Assembly (NCBI RefSeq): GCF_964204645.1
Contig: NC_134031.1
Coordinates: forward strand, 16,479,807-16,543,806
Length of the DNA: 64,000 bases
Origin: Tubulanus polymorphus
Lineage: Eukaryota; Animalia; Nemertea
Direction: 5' to 3'
Shown here: positions 50,974 through 64,000 of the stretch, piece by piece
How positions within the stretch are numbered: position 1 is the first letter of the stretch
How the letters are laid out: each line of letters opens with the position of its first letter
Notes under the pieces: generated by a model
What the model was told of the DNA's origin: nothing
Databases searched by the model: none
The model's input: the letters and a program-made list of their open reading frames with translations, nothing else
Translations under genes and position numbers: made by a program

Positions 50974-52746
50974 ACGCTTTTCAGCGCGATTTTATTCTTA
51001 GTTATTTAGATTTATCGAAATTCATAGAAATATTCTACAACGGTTTGCTTTGGAAAATGAAAACGATGCACCGGAACCACTTTGGCATCACGACTAGAAA
51101 TAGGAATGGCCCGATTGCATATGATTAAAAGGCTTATCGTGAAACCTTGCTATTGTTTTACAGACATTCCAAATAGAGCTATTCGGAATCTAACCTTATT
51201 TTCTATTTCTTTGTACAAGGTCGTACTATCAATATTGATGTGTTTAATGTCCATATTTGACGTAGTTTGTATTTGGAGAACAGTTCATTAACTGTGTCGT
51301 TATCAAAACTCAATCGTGTCTCTGTATTTTTAACTGTATTTTCCACCACATATTATTCATGTAAAAAAGTCCTTTTTGCTTTGATGATTATTATTATTAT
51401 TATTTATAAGTGTAATTTATTTTTGGGCATATTTATTATTTATGTCCGTCAAACACTGCTTCCATTGCCAAAATTTTCCCACCAAACCTTTATTTTATAA
51501 AAGAAAAAATTCTTTTTTCTATTCATTGTCGGAGATTAATTTTGTTTGATTTAATCTAGGCTTCATTATATACAAATAATATTATTTATACTCCAGATAT
51601 TTTATTACAGTAGAGTTTTTATTTATGACGGTGCCCGATATTTCCTCGGTACATTTGTCTCTTTGTTGTGATGAGAATTACTGTTTCTTTGATATTCTAG
51701 TTTCTTATGTTTTCAGTAATATATTGTATTTGACATAAATATATTGTAACTATATACTTAATATACCAGTCATCAAAATTCTGGAATTGTCTTTACAAAT
51801 TCTGGCTAGTCTCTATGTAGAAAGGTTGTTAGTTTCCTAGTGATAAATGGTACGTACTTACGTGGAAGCCCTCCCTGCTAAAAATAAATCGACATAAGAC
51901 AATCAAATAAATGTAGAAACAGTAGTAGTTCGGGGTTTTAACCGGTAGTCAACTAGCAACAGTCACATTGGCGACTGGATTGCTAGGTTAGGAGATTTGG
52001 GCCAGGCGATGGTTGAACTAGGATATAAATTTCCTAGATACAAGTATGATTATTCAATCGATACAAATAGCTTTGTCGGTGCGTAACTCTCGTCATAGGA
52101 CTTTCAATTGATAATGATACGATTAAATGTTAGTTACGTTACTAAAGATCGAAGCATTGGTGTATTAGATATTTTTGGAAACAATTCAAACCATTCTGTT
52201 CTGAAATATGAAAGCGATTGCAAGCAAATCAACCCTGGCAAGTGATTGTTATAGTGACTATGGTTATTGCTAATGTTATTGGTGCTTCCTTAAATTCCTT
52301 ATACTGTGTGCTTGTAATTGAATGCATTATAGGAGTAATAGTATATCTGGGAGGGAATTTGAATATTTAATATATAAGATATGAATATTTGATAAGCAAG
52401 TGTGTAGCTTGGTCGGACCACAGAGATTAAATCTAGTCGTTTACATTTTAATGAAATGTTAATGTTTCTATTGTTCATATTTCTAATATACCGGTACGCG
52501 TGCGTTTTATCTTCACACTACGTCTGGATTTAATGCAATATTTGTTGTTCTTCTGATATATACGTATTAGAGATGGAATCTTTTACAACAATTTCTAGCA
52601 ACATTCGGCGCAATAAATATTCAAATATATCAATTGAATTAACCATGCATTGTGTTACTTGTTGCGCAACCAAGAACTCTGTATAGCCGTGACCCGGGCC
52701 AACTGTCACACTGGTGCACACCCTTCAAAAAAGCAGAACCTCAAAA

Positions 52747-52913
52747 AAGTGGAACCTCGTTATAACGAACTCGGATTTAATCGGATATTACAAATATAGA
52801 ATTGTGCCCAAAGTAAGAAGATTTGTTTGATTATATACTGGATATAACGGACTATCGGTTATAACGAACATATTTCTGACCCCCGTGAAGTTCGCTGTAA
52901 CGAGGTTCCACTG
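52747..52913. mobile_element. Tc1/mariner (Tigger/pogo-like) MITE
   Basis: TIR AGTGGAACCTCGTTATAACGAACT...AGTTCGCTGTAACGAGGTTCCACTG. Confidence 0.75.
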
Positions 52914-53125
52914 CAGAAGGCCCTCCTATGTTCAAGCATCCCCCAGATCAAAACAGTTAAGTTTTCAAACAACGAAAAATGAAATCAAGAGACTGACATT
53001 ATTTACTTAACTTCATAATATGATTATTATTCACTTCACATTTTCAGTTTATCTTTCATTACATAATTATAATATATTCAGTCATCATGTCTACTTGATT
53101 GCAGATTGTATTATGTGTATAATAA

Positions 53126-53127
<2 letters not shown>

Positions 53128-53170
<43 letters not shown>

Positions 53171-53178
53171 TATATATA
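53128..53178. repeat. (TA)n microsatellite
   Basis: Direct reading. Confidence 0.9.
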
Positions 53179-53830
53179 TTTGTGTTCATATTACATATAT
53201 CACATAAAAAACATTACATATTCACAATACATCGAGGGCATCACTTCTCAAATAGGTTTTGTATAACACTTGAATTTGCTGTCTTCAAAACTTTGAAGTG
53301 CTACGCAACTTCGAGCTTGGACTCCTACGTGCAACGAAACCCTGCAACAAAACGCTATTAGGAACCGAGAATTAGTTTTTTGATCACATCATAACATGAA
53401 GAATGTACGACGCTATCAAAGTTCACAATATCATGACAAATCACAACCACTAATAACGCCCTTCTTCGTCATGAGATTGTGATATATTTTACAACATTGT
53501 AATAAGAAAGGTCAGCATTCAGATATTTCAGCTATTTCTTCAAACTAGATCTCAACATACTTTTACATCGATTAAAAGTCACAGGATTTACATTGTTATT
53601 GCGAAATAACGATTATTAACACTAGTGCATAATACACGATAGAATATACAGAAGAGTATTCTATAAATTCTTACGTTTCTTTTAAGATACGTCACGCAAA
53701 CGTTAGATTTTAATTTCCTTTACGTGGAGAATAACAGCATTTTTGATTTATAAAACATTCGAAACCGATATGAACAATCACAGAGAGATCTAGCGCGTCC
53801 GCCTGCATCCGAGAGCGTTTGCGCGCGCGT

Positions 53831-56800
53831 TTAAAATTCTAAGGTATCTTTCTGAAATTTCAGACGCGGACTGTTCTCCGAATAGAATTGCGAGTACCAG
53901 CGTCGGTGTTTCTGCACCTGCGAATCCTCGACGGATTTCACGAACACCGGTCGTCCTTCGTATCGCTTGTTATTCCAAATCATTATGTCGCGATCAATCT
54001 GCATGAAAAAATCAGAGTCAGAGTTTATAGCAGAAGACACTAATTTATGTATGATCTTAAAATAGGGATTGTCGTTTGATTTATGTCGCGATCAATCTGC
54101 ATGAAAAAATCAGAGTCAGAGTTTATAGCAGAAGACACTAATTTATGTATGATCTTAAAATAGAGGGATTGTCCTTCGATTTATTTGGTTGGTTGATTTG
54201 GTATCCCCTCACAGACCGACCACACCTCTGCCGGGACCGAAACAGGTTGTTTGATTCTGAAATCGTAAATCGAAGTACCAATTTCGGTTCCGATTCGTGT
54301 AGCGAATAAACCTTTTAGACCAAATGGGTTTCGATTGTTCCTTGGCACGGCGTTTTGAAATCCTATTAAGGATTGATTGATGGCCAAAAAAGTTGAATAC
54401 CACATACACTGATAACTACCTATCAGTAATTAGTAAGTAATAAGTTATTCATTACGTATAGTAGGTCAAATTATAACCAATTTCGTTTGAAATATCATAA
54501 ATACAGTTCCAAAAACATAACAGTATTTTTTTCTTCCATTAACAGGCCCGTACCGAGCTTTTTGGAGGGGCAACTCTATCTCAAGAAAAAGGGCACTTTT
54601 TGCCGTGAAAAGGGCTACTTTCCTATTGATAAAGGTCACGTCAAATATGAAGTGTCCGGGTACCAGAATAAATCATTAAAGAATGGATTGCTTTTCATTT
54701 TCCAAAAAGTAACATGATTAATATTGTATCCATATTTCGCAAAATCTTGACCCGAATTTTTTGACACTGACTTTGAAGGGTACTTCGGAAATTCCAGGGG
54801 GTTCGTTCGCTAACCCCGAACCCCACATGGCACGGGCCTGATTAAGCATTTTCTAGAGAACGCGTTCACGAACCTGTAAAGCCTCGCCGATGAGAAATAT
54901 CTTAGCAACAAACGTCGGAATTTTCCAGTCGAAATAACACAGATGAATCATTTTTTGCACGAGCGGTTCGACCGGATTCAGAGACTGCACGAACACGCCC
55001 TTACCCAATACGCTATTGAATTCGAGATAAACAATCGAAGGACCGATCTGAAAGAGACAAAATATACATCAATGAGATGGTATCATCGCTGCGCGCCTTT
55101 ATCTCGCTCTGGAAAATAAAATATTCTCAAGGGACCAATAAAACCGGCGTAATCCCTGGAGATTCAGTGTAATGATCTATGTTTTCTTCGGTGATTTACG
55201 TACTTGTTTTGCCACGACTTTAACGTCCAAAATCGGAATTCGGATTCCGAATAATCTCATCGTGTGAGTGAGTTCTAAAGCTCCGACGTGTTTGTCCGGC
55301 TCCGAATATTGTCCCCACGTCGCGTGCCATTCGTGTTTAGCGAACGACCAGATGCTGTTGTACATAGATTTCAGATCAGATCCAGCGGGTATGATCGGGC
55401 TGTGCACAGCGTCTAAATGCGCCAGATCGGCGCCGTTTTCGGGTATATCCTTAAAAAAAGAAAGAAAAATTACTTTCGTAATGCAATACGTCGTGAATTT
55501 CATTTTGAGATAAATATAAAACTTTTGAAAATTCTTATCTAACCTCGATATGTGCGTTTATTGTATGTTCGGTACGCCCTCGATAGGTATATTGGCCAGA
55601 CGTGATTTCTGGAATCTCAGGGGGTGTCCAATAGGGTTCAGCGCCCTCAGCGTGAAACCACAAGTATATCCAACCGTTCAATTCCATTACTGGCCACGAT
55701 TTCACTTTAGCCATTTCAGGTACTAAAAAAAGGCGTTAAACCAAAATTCAGAATTAGAAAAAATACATGAATCGTTCGTTTATTAGAGAAAGTGGATCAA
55801 ACGAATTTCGGATAAAGTTCTTGAACACGCAGACGAAATGGGAAAATTGCCAAGTACGATTGAGTAGATTTCGTGAAATGCAAAAAACGGCTTATTCCAA
55901 TCGGCGTGAATTAATCAATAGCGAAAACAAGTAGAAAACTCGTTTTTCTGGTTTTATGGGACATGTTATTTTCGGACAACAGTTTTGCGTAGTTACATGA
56001 AAACATTGATGAAAATACTTGTCGCAAAGGGCATATTATGTTATAGGCATATAACATATGAAGATTCACACGTTATTTGCTTGTAGATATAGTTTTCGAC
56101 TTAGTTGCTATCGCATCAGACTTATGTAGTACTGGACTGATCATAGACAAAAGTTGGTAGACATGAAGATTTATGAAACGATAAACCCAGACACGACACG
56201 ACAAAACATAAAAATGTCTGATCTTTATAGCTTTCCATTCTGGGCGATGAAATAATAAAACCAATGTTGTAAATGTAATGATATGCTATGGGCTTTAAAT
56301 TGGGAACTAATCCAGTTGTTTGGGTTTGCTCAGTTGAATGGTGGTTCGTATAACAATCGGTATAACTGAAAGGTAAAATCGACAGTCAGACGGTAAGTTT
56401 GATCGATGATGATACCTCCTTGAAGCCTGTTCAAATCGACATGACCCGCAATCGGCATCTTCTAGCAAACATATTAACCCCTAGATCAGTACGAATGGCA
56501 ATGCTTGATACCGACGCGCGTTCATGTGTAAAGCCGAACGGACAGCGCGGCTTAAGCAAAAACCTGTTTTCAAGGGGTTTATAAAAAAGAAATGCACCAA
56601 AATAGGGATATGGAATAAAACCCTGTTCTTCTCATCGAGTGCACTTTTCATTATTCATATTCTTTTTCGATGTAAATATTCATAGAAAATTGTGTGTTTT
56701 GTTCGAAGTAATTCATTCACGACCTTGGAGGGTCTGCCAAAAAAAGAAAACGTGCATGACCTTGGAGGGTCCGCCAAAAAAATTAGCTAGGGGGAATTGT

Positions 56801-59800
56801 TATCCCACGTTTCTGTTCAGCTACTACTAAAAATTCGTAATGATCATAATATTGTAGATGAATTTGCTACTGTGAATTTCGGTAAAGTCATGCGTTAAAT
56901 ATTCATTCGAAGAGATCTGATGACCAAGTGATAATAATAGCTTTTATCACTATTATCTGAACGATCTTATCAATGTGTTGAGAATAACTGAAATGTTCTT
57001 GTATACCGGTATATCGAACTTATAGACCATGGACTGCGGGAAATTCTGATCGGAATATTCAACAGCTATCAAGAGTTTTTTTTTTAATTCAAATAATCAT
57101 AAATCTTACAACAAATAGACCAACGGCTTCAATATTTGTAAATTTTGCGGGGAGGGCTGAAAGATGAAATATATCTACCTTTTCCTTGTGCATATGGAAT
57201 TTTCGTACATTTGCCATCATCGCCGCGGTATTGCCAGCCGTGGAATGGACATTCGAGACAATCCCCTTTTACGCGTCCGCCGATAGCCAGGTTGGCTCCG
57301 AGATGGGCGCAGTAAGCATCGATTATGTGCGCCCTGCCATCTTCTCCTCGAAAAACGGCCAAATTCTGACCTAAAAAAAGATATAAAATTCTATGATGTT
57401 TTGGTGCATTTTTATGATGATGCTGATGAAATAATATTCATATAGCGCCATTTCCGCTGATTCAAATTTCAAAACCATGATAAAGTAATCCAGTAAACAG
57501 TTATGTTTTTAGGAGCCTTTCGAGATAATCCAGATCAGGTTCATTAATATTTTTAGAGCATTTCAGAGGATGGGAGCAAAAAATGTGAGAGATCGTCCAC
57601 CAAAGGTTGGTAATAAGTGAATTGTCCGATCCAGATCTTAGTTGACGAGAAGGGGGACAAGTTTGCGGAGAAAATCAGGAGTCAGTCCATGGTAGCTTTC
57701 GAAAGCGAGCAGCAACAGTTTTAAATTCAATTCTTTCTTTTTAATTCTGATTCGGCAAAACAAATATCATTTTGGTATCAAAACAGAATAGTTGGATTAT
57801 ATATGAACCGATAATTGAAGGGATTGGTACAAATGTTAAGTCAATTTTTGAAGAATATTGAGACATATTTGATGGCAAGGCTCTTTCTATCTATTTTAAA
57901 ACTTCAACGCAACCGAACCTGAAACTTCCAACAGTACCAAATACAGACTTATCTTAAGTCAGACAGAAAACAGAGGACAACTTAACATACCCTTGAAGGG
58001 TAACTAAATTTTACCAAAAAGCAACCATTCGTATTTATGCACCAATCCCTTTCATTGTCTTTCTTATAAATATAAATCCAAAATACATTTCGAAGGCCAT
58101 ACAATCTTGTTACATTCATGAAATTTATTTATGAAGGGTATCGAAATTACAAGTGTAATAGGTAACTGAGCACGTCTGCGTTAAGTGATCTGAGAACTTG
58201 GTTCTTGATTTCACTGAAGTCATTTCAATTTTCAAAAGATGGAATCGACCCAATAAATTTTTCCGACGAACAAAAATATAAAAAAATGTCATCAATCATT
58301 GAAACATATGGAGCAGAAAATTCCGATCATGGCCTGAACAACGCACTTATTTCTAGAACGCTCCATAGCCTAGAAACCTGTTTCGCGAGAAAAAAATTCG
58401 CCCGACAATAGAAAGCACCGATTGAATGAAACATAATTTTCACATAACCCCCGAACATTTTGTGTAAATAATATTTTTGCGACGTGACCACATGCACGCA
58501 TGCAAAGATGCGTACTCGAAATCGGCTGCGGCGGCGGAGGCGGTCTAACACAAAAAGGTCTAAAGCGCTAATAGGGAAATATTAAACAAGTTCAAGCACA
58601 ATCGGCCATCAAGTCAACAGTTCTCAATCAGCCGACGTAATCCCATTATAGTCACTCTTTTTTAGTTAACAGATAGCCTTACACGCTCGCTAGGGTTCGA
58701 TTGCCACTGTGACACAACAGACAGGAAAATACATCGCGGTCGAGTGCACCACGAGTAGAAAATGTGATTATTTTTCTCTTACATATATAGACATATATAT
58801 ACATCAGACTTTTCCCCCTGAATCTAGTAAATAACCGCAATCCAAATGTGAAACAAGAAAATATTTTCATTTCGGAATCGTTTTCAAGTAAGAAGCTCCT
58901 CCGACGTCTGAAAACCGCGCAGACGGTTCAATAAGACCATATAGAGAAAGAAAGTGAGGTTTGCAACTAGAACTGGAGAAATTGAATATGAATGCACCCC
59001 CCTTCCCCCAAAAGTGGCGCTGATGATTTAAAATATCATCAAAAATTGCCTAATTGTCGAGAATTTTTTTAAACATGTACATATATATCTAAGTTTTGGA
59101 TATGAGGAAAAGGTATACGCTTCCTTTATAAATCATGACCCAATTAAAATCGCAATCGTTTCCGAGATCGATTTTACGCTTATGAATGGAACGAACGAAT
59201 ACTATTAAATGACGTGAAAACTCCGAAATACTGTATTTGACAAAACAAGTATTTGATCGCGCATTCACTTTTATGTAAATATACCTAATACATGCGAATG
59301 CGTTTGTAAAGTTACGTTGTCGAAAGTGTTTGACAAGCATTACACATATCGGGTATAGACCAACGTGTGCGGAGAAAAATAAGAAATAACTCGATCTTAA
59401 TTCGTTTGATATTTCTGTATCATTGCGGTGTAGTCATAGCGATTCTATGGACAAGTATCGCCTCGCCCCCATAGAAAAAAATGAGAAAAGAAAAATATAT
59501 TCTTAATACGACGACCGGGTTTTAGGGACGAAACGATCTGAATTGACTATATATAGTAACGAAATACGAAGGTCCCGGAAACGACATTTGAAGATCGAGA
59601 TTAAAGAAGCGATAAAATTATTATTTGGCGAACTTGAAGAGCAGTCTGTGTCCGCGTGTATGTACCTAGCAAGAGCAATAAAACACCACCGAAGAGTAAA
59701 CTGAGATAACAATTTCAATGCGAACCCGATTGATGCCGGGTAACAATTCCCGAAAAAAAATTCTCATTTTGTCCCCGCCAGAATCTTCAGAATAGCGAGT

Positions 59801-62573
59801 ATGAACAAAAAATAACGTCACCATTAAAGTTTCCATGAAGATTTTATGAACTATTCTCATGCAAACTACGAGTCTGGTCTCTTTAATTCTTCGAATAAAG
59901 TCGTGCGCAGTCAAAATTCGCGAGAAATACGAAACATCTTTTACGAGTTTCTTGATCGGGGGCGAATGTGCGACGAATAGCTAAACCGAAATTGTTATTG
60001 CATATTCAGGCGATTCGATGATTGACAAAATGTTCGTCGGTCGTAAAATGTATACGAAAAATCTCCGCCGACGTCGTCAGCGACGGGTTTCCTCTCGGCC
60101 GTGAGACTTTTATGAAGATGAACTCGTCGCAATTATCGCGGTCCTAAAACGGCGTAGAAAATAAAAATCGCTCAAGTGACATGTCCCTAAATAGAGTATT
60201 ATGTCATCGCGCGGATGAGTCAGGTCTGGACGCGGTCGCGGTGCGAATAACAAAATCAATACGTGAGAAAAACAAAAATCAGGTGTTGAGGCCAAAAATC
60301 GAAAGCGAAATTTCAAATCATATTTTGAATAATGCTTTGGATTTGTCCCGTCTGAAGTAAGGTTTTGGTCTATTTGGGTTCTTATTCATTCGCAGAGGTA
60401 CGATGACGCTATACTATTTGTATTGTATAGCGAAATTGAGAGTTTTTACAAATTCTATCTCTTTCCGGTCCCTTAGAAAATGATTCACCAATTTTCACGA
60501 GAAAAGCATTTTCCTGCCAAAGCATTGAATGTCAAGTGCGTTTTTCCCACTACAGATTTGGTTAATGACCATAAATCACTGGTAAACCAACAAACTACAT
60601 CTATTAATGAGAATCATCAAGGACAAGGAGGCACCACTCGTAAACTAACTGAAGATCGAAGTGACAGGGAAAGTAGTGTAAATACACACATCAAATGCTC
60701 GATGACCCATCGGTGAAAGTCTCAAAGGCTTCAAAAAGAATACTTAGCTAAAATTCAATGAATTGAAAGATTGTGACTTTATCAGAAACTTTTCAAACGA
60801 AACATAACGAAAAATAACGAAAATGAAAAACGAAGCCATGGGCTCGAGGAGATTGAAACCGGTGGTTAGGCAATTAATTGCTGCTTAGATTGAAAATTCA
60901 GATTTCAAAAACCCAGAATGAAAATCTTATAGTGACGCTATCGTACACGCACGAGGAACAATGAGTTTAGATAATTTTATTGTTAACTACACTATCGCGG
61001 GTCAAAATCAGAACTGGTGGTCAGAATTGCGAATAAGTTAGTGACCAAAATCAGTGAAATCTATACCCTTTAGAACCTTCATATCACGTCTGGCATTGAA
61101 ACGATTGTCATTTCATCCGACCTTTGATAATATTGAAATGGAACCCACCAAACCATGGCTGTTTACGTACAGTAATTAATGCTTAAAAATAGCTGTCATC
61201 TATTCAGTAGGAGAGTTCACCCCTGCTAAGTTATAAACGTAATATCTTATAAAGATTCAAAGCCTCTACACACAATTACACAAAATATATGTATGCGTGT
61301 CAATCTTAGTGTGCTAACAGAAATTGCTTCCAAAATATTGTCAGATTTCATTGAGGAAAAAACATTTTTTTATGAAAATAATTTAGTGTAGGAGCTGTCG
61401 TGGATTTATGAAGCATCCCTGAAAGATATTTCATGCCCCAGACGAACAGTTTTTTGGCCGGGCCTATAATGCTTGTCTTTGAGCGCAAAAGACGGAAATA
61501 TACTTTTCAATGGACATTTTGACGGGCCCCACCATAGCGATGGCTTTGTCAAACAGAACACTAAACAAAATTTCAACGTAAAATTCCAGTTCTGTCATAA
61601 GAGTTTTTTTCAGCTTATAAAAGCAGCATAGCACGTCGTAGGTCAACAATAGGCAAACAGATTTGGCCTATTACAATAACCCATAAAAATATGATATTCT
61701 TTGATCGCAGTTCTGTTTAAATGTCAAACCTTTTAAATTAATGTTACACAATGAGATTTGGACTAAGCCCCTGTATCATGAGAGGACCACGGTAATGATT
61801 CTTTCAAAACTCCCTGCACGGATCGGATTTTCGAAGTTTGATTAACTCCCCAGCAGGTCACGGCACCTGTCTGCAAAATCTGATTAATTGAAAGTATGAT
61901 ATAAAGGATTAGTGATCTCAGCGGCAGCGGCCAACGCGAAAATTAAATACAAAAACTGCATTTTGTCAAACAAATATTTGAATTTTTCTAGCAAAACATA
62001 TACATATAATAAACATCGTATGATATATATAACATTGGTTAGGTAGTGTAGATATAATTGGATTGCTGAAAATCTGTGCTGCATTCATCGTGAATTATCG
62101 ATATACTTACCTATCACTGTCACATATTTGGCTTGCGCTTTCTTGACGTACATGGATTCTAAAACGCCATACCATCCGTTTGGATAAACAGGGGGCACAT
62201 CTCCTATCAGTTTCATTTTACGAGCCATATTCGCCGCATCTTTGCGGTTGACGTGTTGAGGCTGCGAGTAGTCGTCAACGCGGTATCCAAGATCTGTCAA
62301 CAGTTTCACTCGGTTGGTAGGTTTCACGAACACGTAGTGCCAAGCGTAAACAAAAGCGAGGCATGCAACGAATGAAGCTACGAAGATAATCGGGTTCGGG
62401 GTGTACCAATCAGCTAAAAAACGACGTCCCGCACTGGCACTTGTTTTCAACCAGAAATGTCCGACTTCGGCTAAGGGTACATCGAAAAGTCTTTCGGTGA
62501 TGGCTGCGGATACTAAAGCAGCGAGTGAAAACACGAATATCCCCGAAAAGACCTTTTTCCGATACGACGACAT
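53831..62573 (-). CDS. nvd: Cholesterol 7-desaturase, neverland/DAF-36 Rieske oxygenase
   Basis: Exons 62111-62573, 57179-57370, 55544-55722, 55204-55449, 54874-55047, 53831-53998; PPVYPNGW, Rieske [14 protein letters not shown], iron motif [41 protein letters not shown]. Confidence 0.95.
53983..54172. repeat. 98-bp tandem duplication spanning the last nvd splice acceptor
   Basis: 53983-54071 is repeated at 54081-54172. Confidence 0.9.
54543..54840. mobile_element. MITE with 5-bp TSD (hAT5-like)
   Basis: ATTAA|CAGGCCCGTACC...GGCACGGGCCTG|ATTAA. Confidence 0.75.
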
Positions 62574-63861
62574 GGCGATTGACTGCGTCTGTGTATGTTA
62601 CAGAAGGCTGTAGCAACGCGCTGTTTATGCCGAGAGAAACCAATAGTCGACGCGACGCGACCCGATAGTAAATGTGATAAACACCACGCGTGCACACAGC
62701 CTACAGCCTACGATAGATAATAATAAACGAGTGTTCGAGAAACGAGTTCGCGCTAGATCCAGGAAATAGCATCAAAAGTACCGCCGTCAATGTTATTTTA
62801 AATAGAATAGCTTTTAGTTAAGGTGTGAATTTCTACGTAAGGTTCTATTCGAGACAAACAAATGAACGGAAATAATAATAAAACGCCTAGCACTTCTTCG
62901 TTTAGTATATGCCACCCACATCGAGTAACTAAATTAATTTGATTATTCTCGGTAATAACATGTTCTTATGTCTCCAGTAGGCAAAGAAAGGTCTCCGTTT
63001 TTTCTGTTACAAGGGGTTTCAGGTGGTTATTCGGACGAGAAAAGCTTGAAAATGCAAAATTCGGGAAAAGGGAACATTATTTCGACGTGTCATAACTAAA
63101 CGTCACCTCCATGGTCAGACTGCGTCATCAAGCCTTTTGGACATCGGACGGTTCATGGACTTTTGTTAAGATAAGAACACTGTCGAAAATATACGGATCA
63201 ATTCCACCAGATCTAGCCGTTTTGAACCAGTTTAAAAGATTGAATTCAACACAAATGTCTTATGTTTCTTATTGGACTTATAGTGATGTTTCAAGAAGGA
63301 CTTCAAAATTCACATGAAAATTGAATAAAAGAGGATCAAGATTATTTTACGAATATGCCTTCTTGGAAGAGGCGCAGGGTGGGCCGGGATCCATTCAATG
63401 TCGCCGCATGGCTTCAGCGAGAGAAAAGTGTTCCCACGCAACCTTAGTCTAGCACCACCTCATCTTTTTTCCTAAACAAGGAAATAAAACTCTCTGAAGA
63501 ATTCTCTGAAGACTAGAATTTATAACAGGCAGACTACCAAGGTGGCCCGCCGACAATAATATGACGCTCAGCAGCCTTAGCGACGGATGTCGGTCTAGAA
63601 GCGAAGCCGGCGGCACAAATAAACTATCTATATGGCGCGGCTTCTGCGAAGGTGCTTGGAATCGGCTCCTCAGTGCTGTGCCGCCTTCGTCGGTATCTTC
63701 AAGTCATCGGTCTTCGAAGTGCAGGGATTTTCAAAGGCGGGTCCGCTTATCGACCCCCATGGCCACAACATAGTGTCGACATAGAACGATGACCACACTC
63801 AAACGTGGTGAACGGATAATAAGATTAAATCCCAATATTTACAGATTAAAAGAATTTAAAA

Positions 63862-63989
63862 ACCAGAATTTATTTATTAAATCTAAAATATATAAAAGAC
63901 ACGACGTGACGCACCTGACGATGATCTCTAGGGTGAGATCGTAACGTCGTGTCTTTAATATATTTTAGATTTAATAAATAAATTCTGGT
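63862..63989. repeat. 128-bp near-perfect palindrome (foldback element)
   Basis: ACCAGAATTTATTTATTAAATCTAAAATATAT-AAAGACACGACGT and its reverse complement around a ~30-bp spacer. Confidence 0.9.
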
Positions 63990-64000
63990 CCCAGTTTCAC

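Noticed and set aside
50250-51128. 292-aa Arg-rich ORF
   Set aside because: Shifted-frame shadow of the GC-rich last DIPK1 exon.

Overview
AT-rich, intron-containing animal DNA. The p63/73 and neverland sequences look invertebrate (spiralian-like); the taxon is inferred. Gene order: a 1310-bp duplicated unit carrying a small secreted-peptide gene (-); WRAP73/WDR8 (-) head-to-head with a single p53-family (p63/p73-type, TAD-DBD-OD-SAM-TID) gene (+); two tandem DNase II paralogues (+); an uncharacterised multi-pass membrane protein (+); a candidate 32-aa microprotein gene (-); RPS5 (-) hosting a SNORD76-like snoRNA, head-to-head with a DIPK1/FAM69 gene (+); neverland/DAF-36 cholesterol 7-desaturase (-). 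The most interesting system is the p63/73 locus. It shows a bidirectional ETS+NRF1 promoter shared with WRAP73 and a HINE-type element carrying four tandem CTCF motifs in intron 1. Two in-frame alternative N-terminal exons add a SUMO motif ahead of the TAD. An internal promoter with a p53 response element precedes a candidate deltaN exon encoding a LANA/IL-33-like chromatin-tether motif. There are also alternative SAM-less and SAM-containing 3' ends. Many MITEs are present. All exon models were read by eye from GT-AG signals and frame continuity and have no transcript support.
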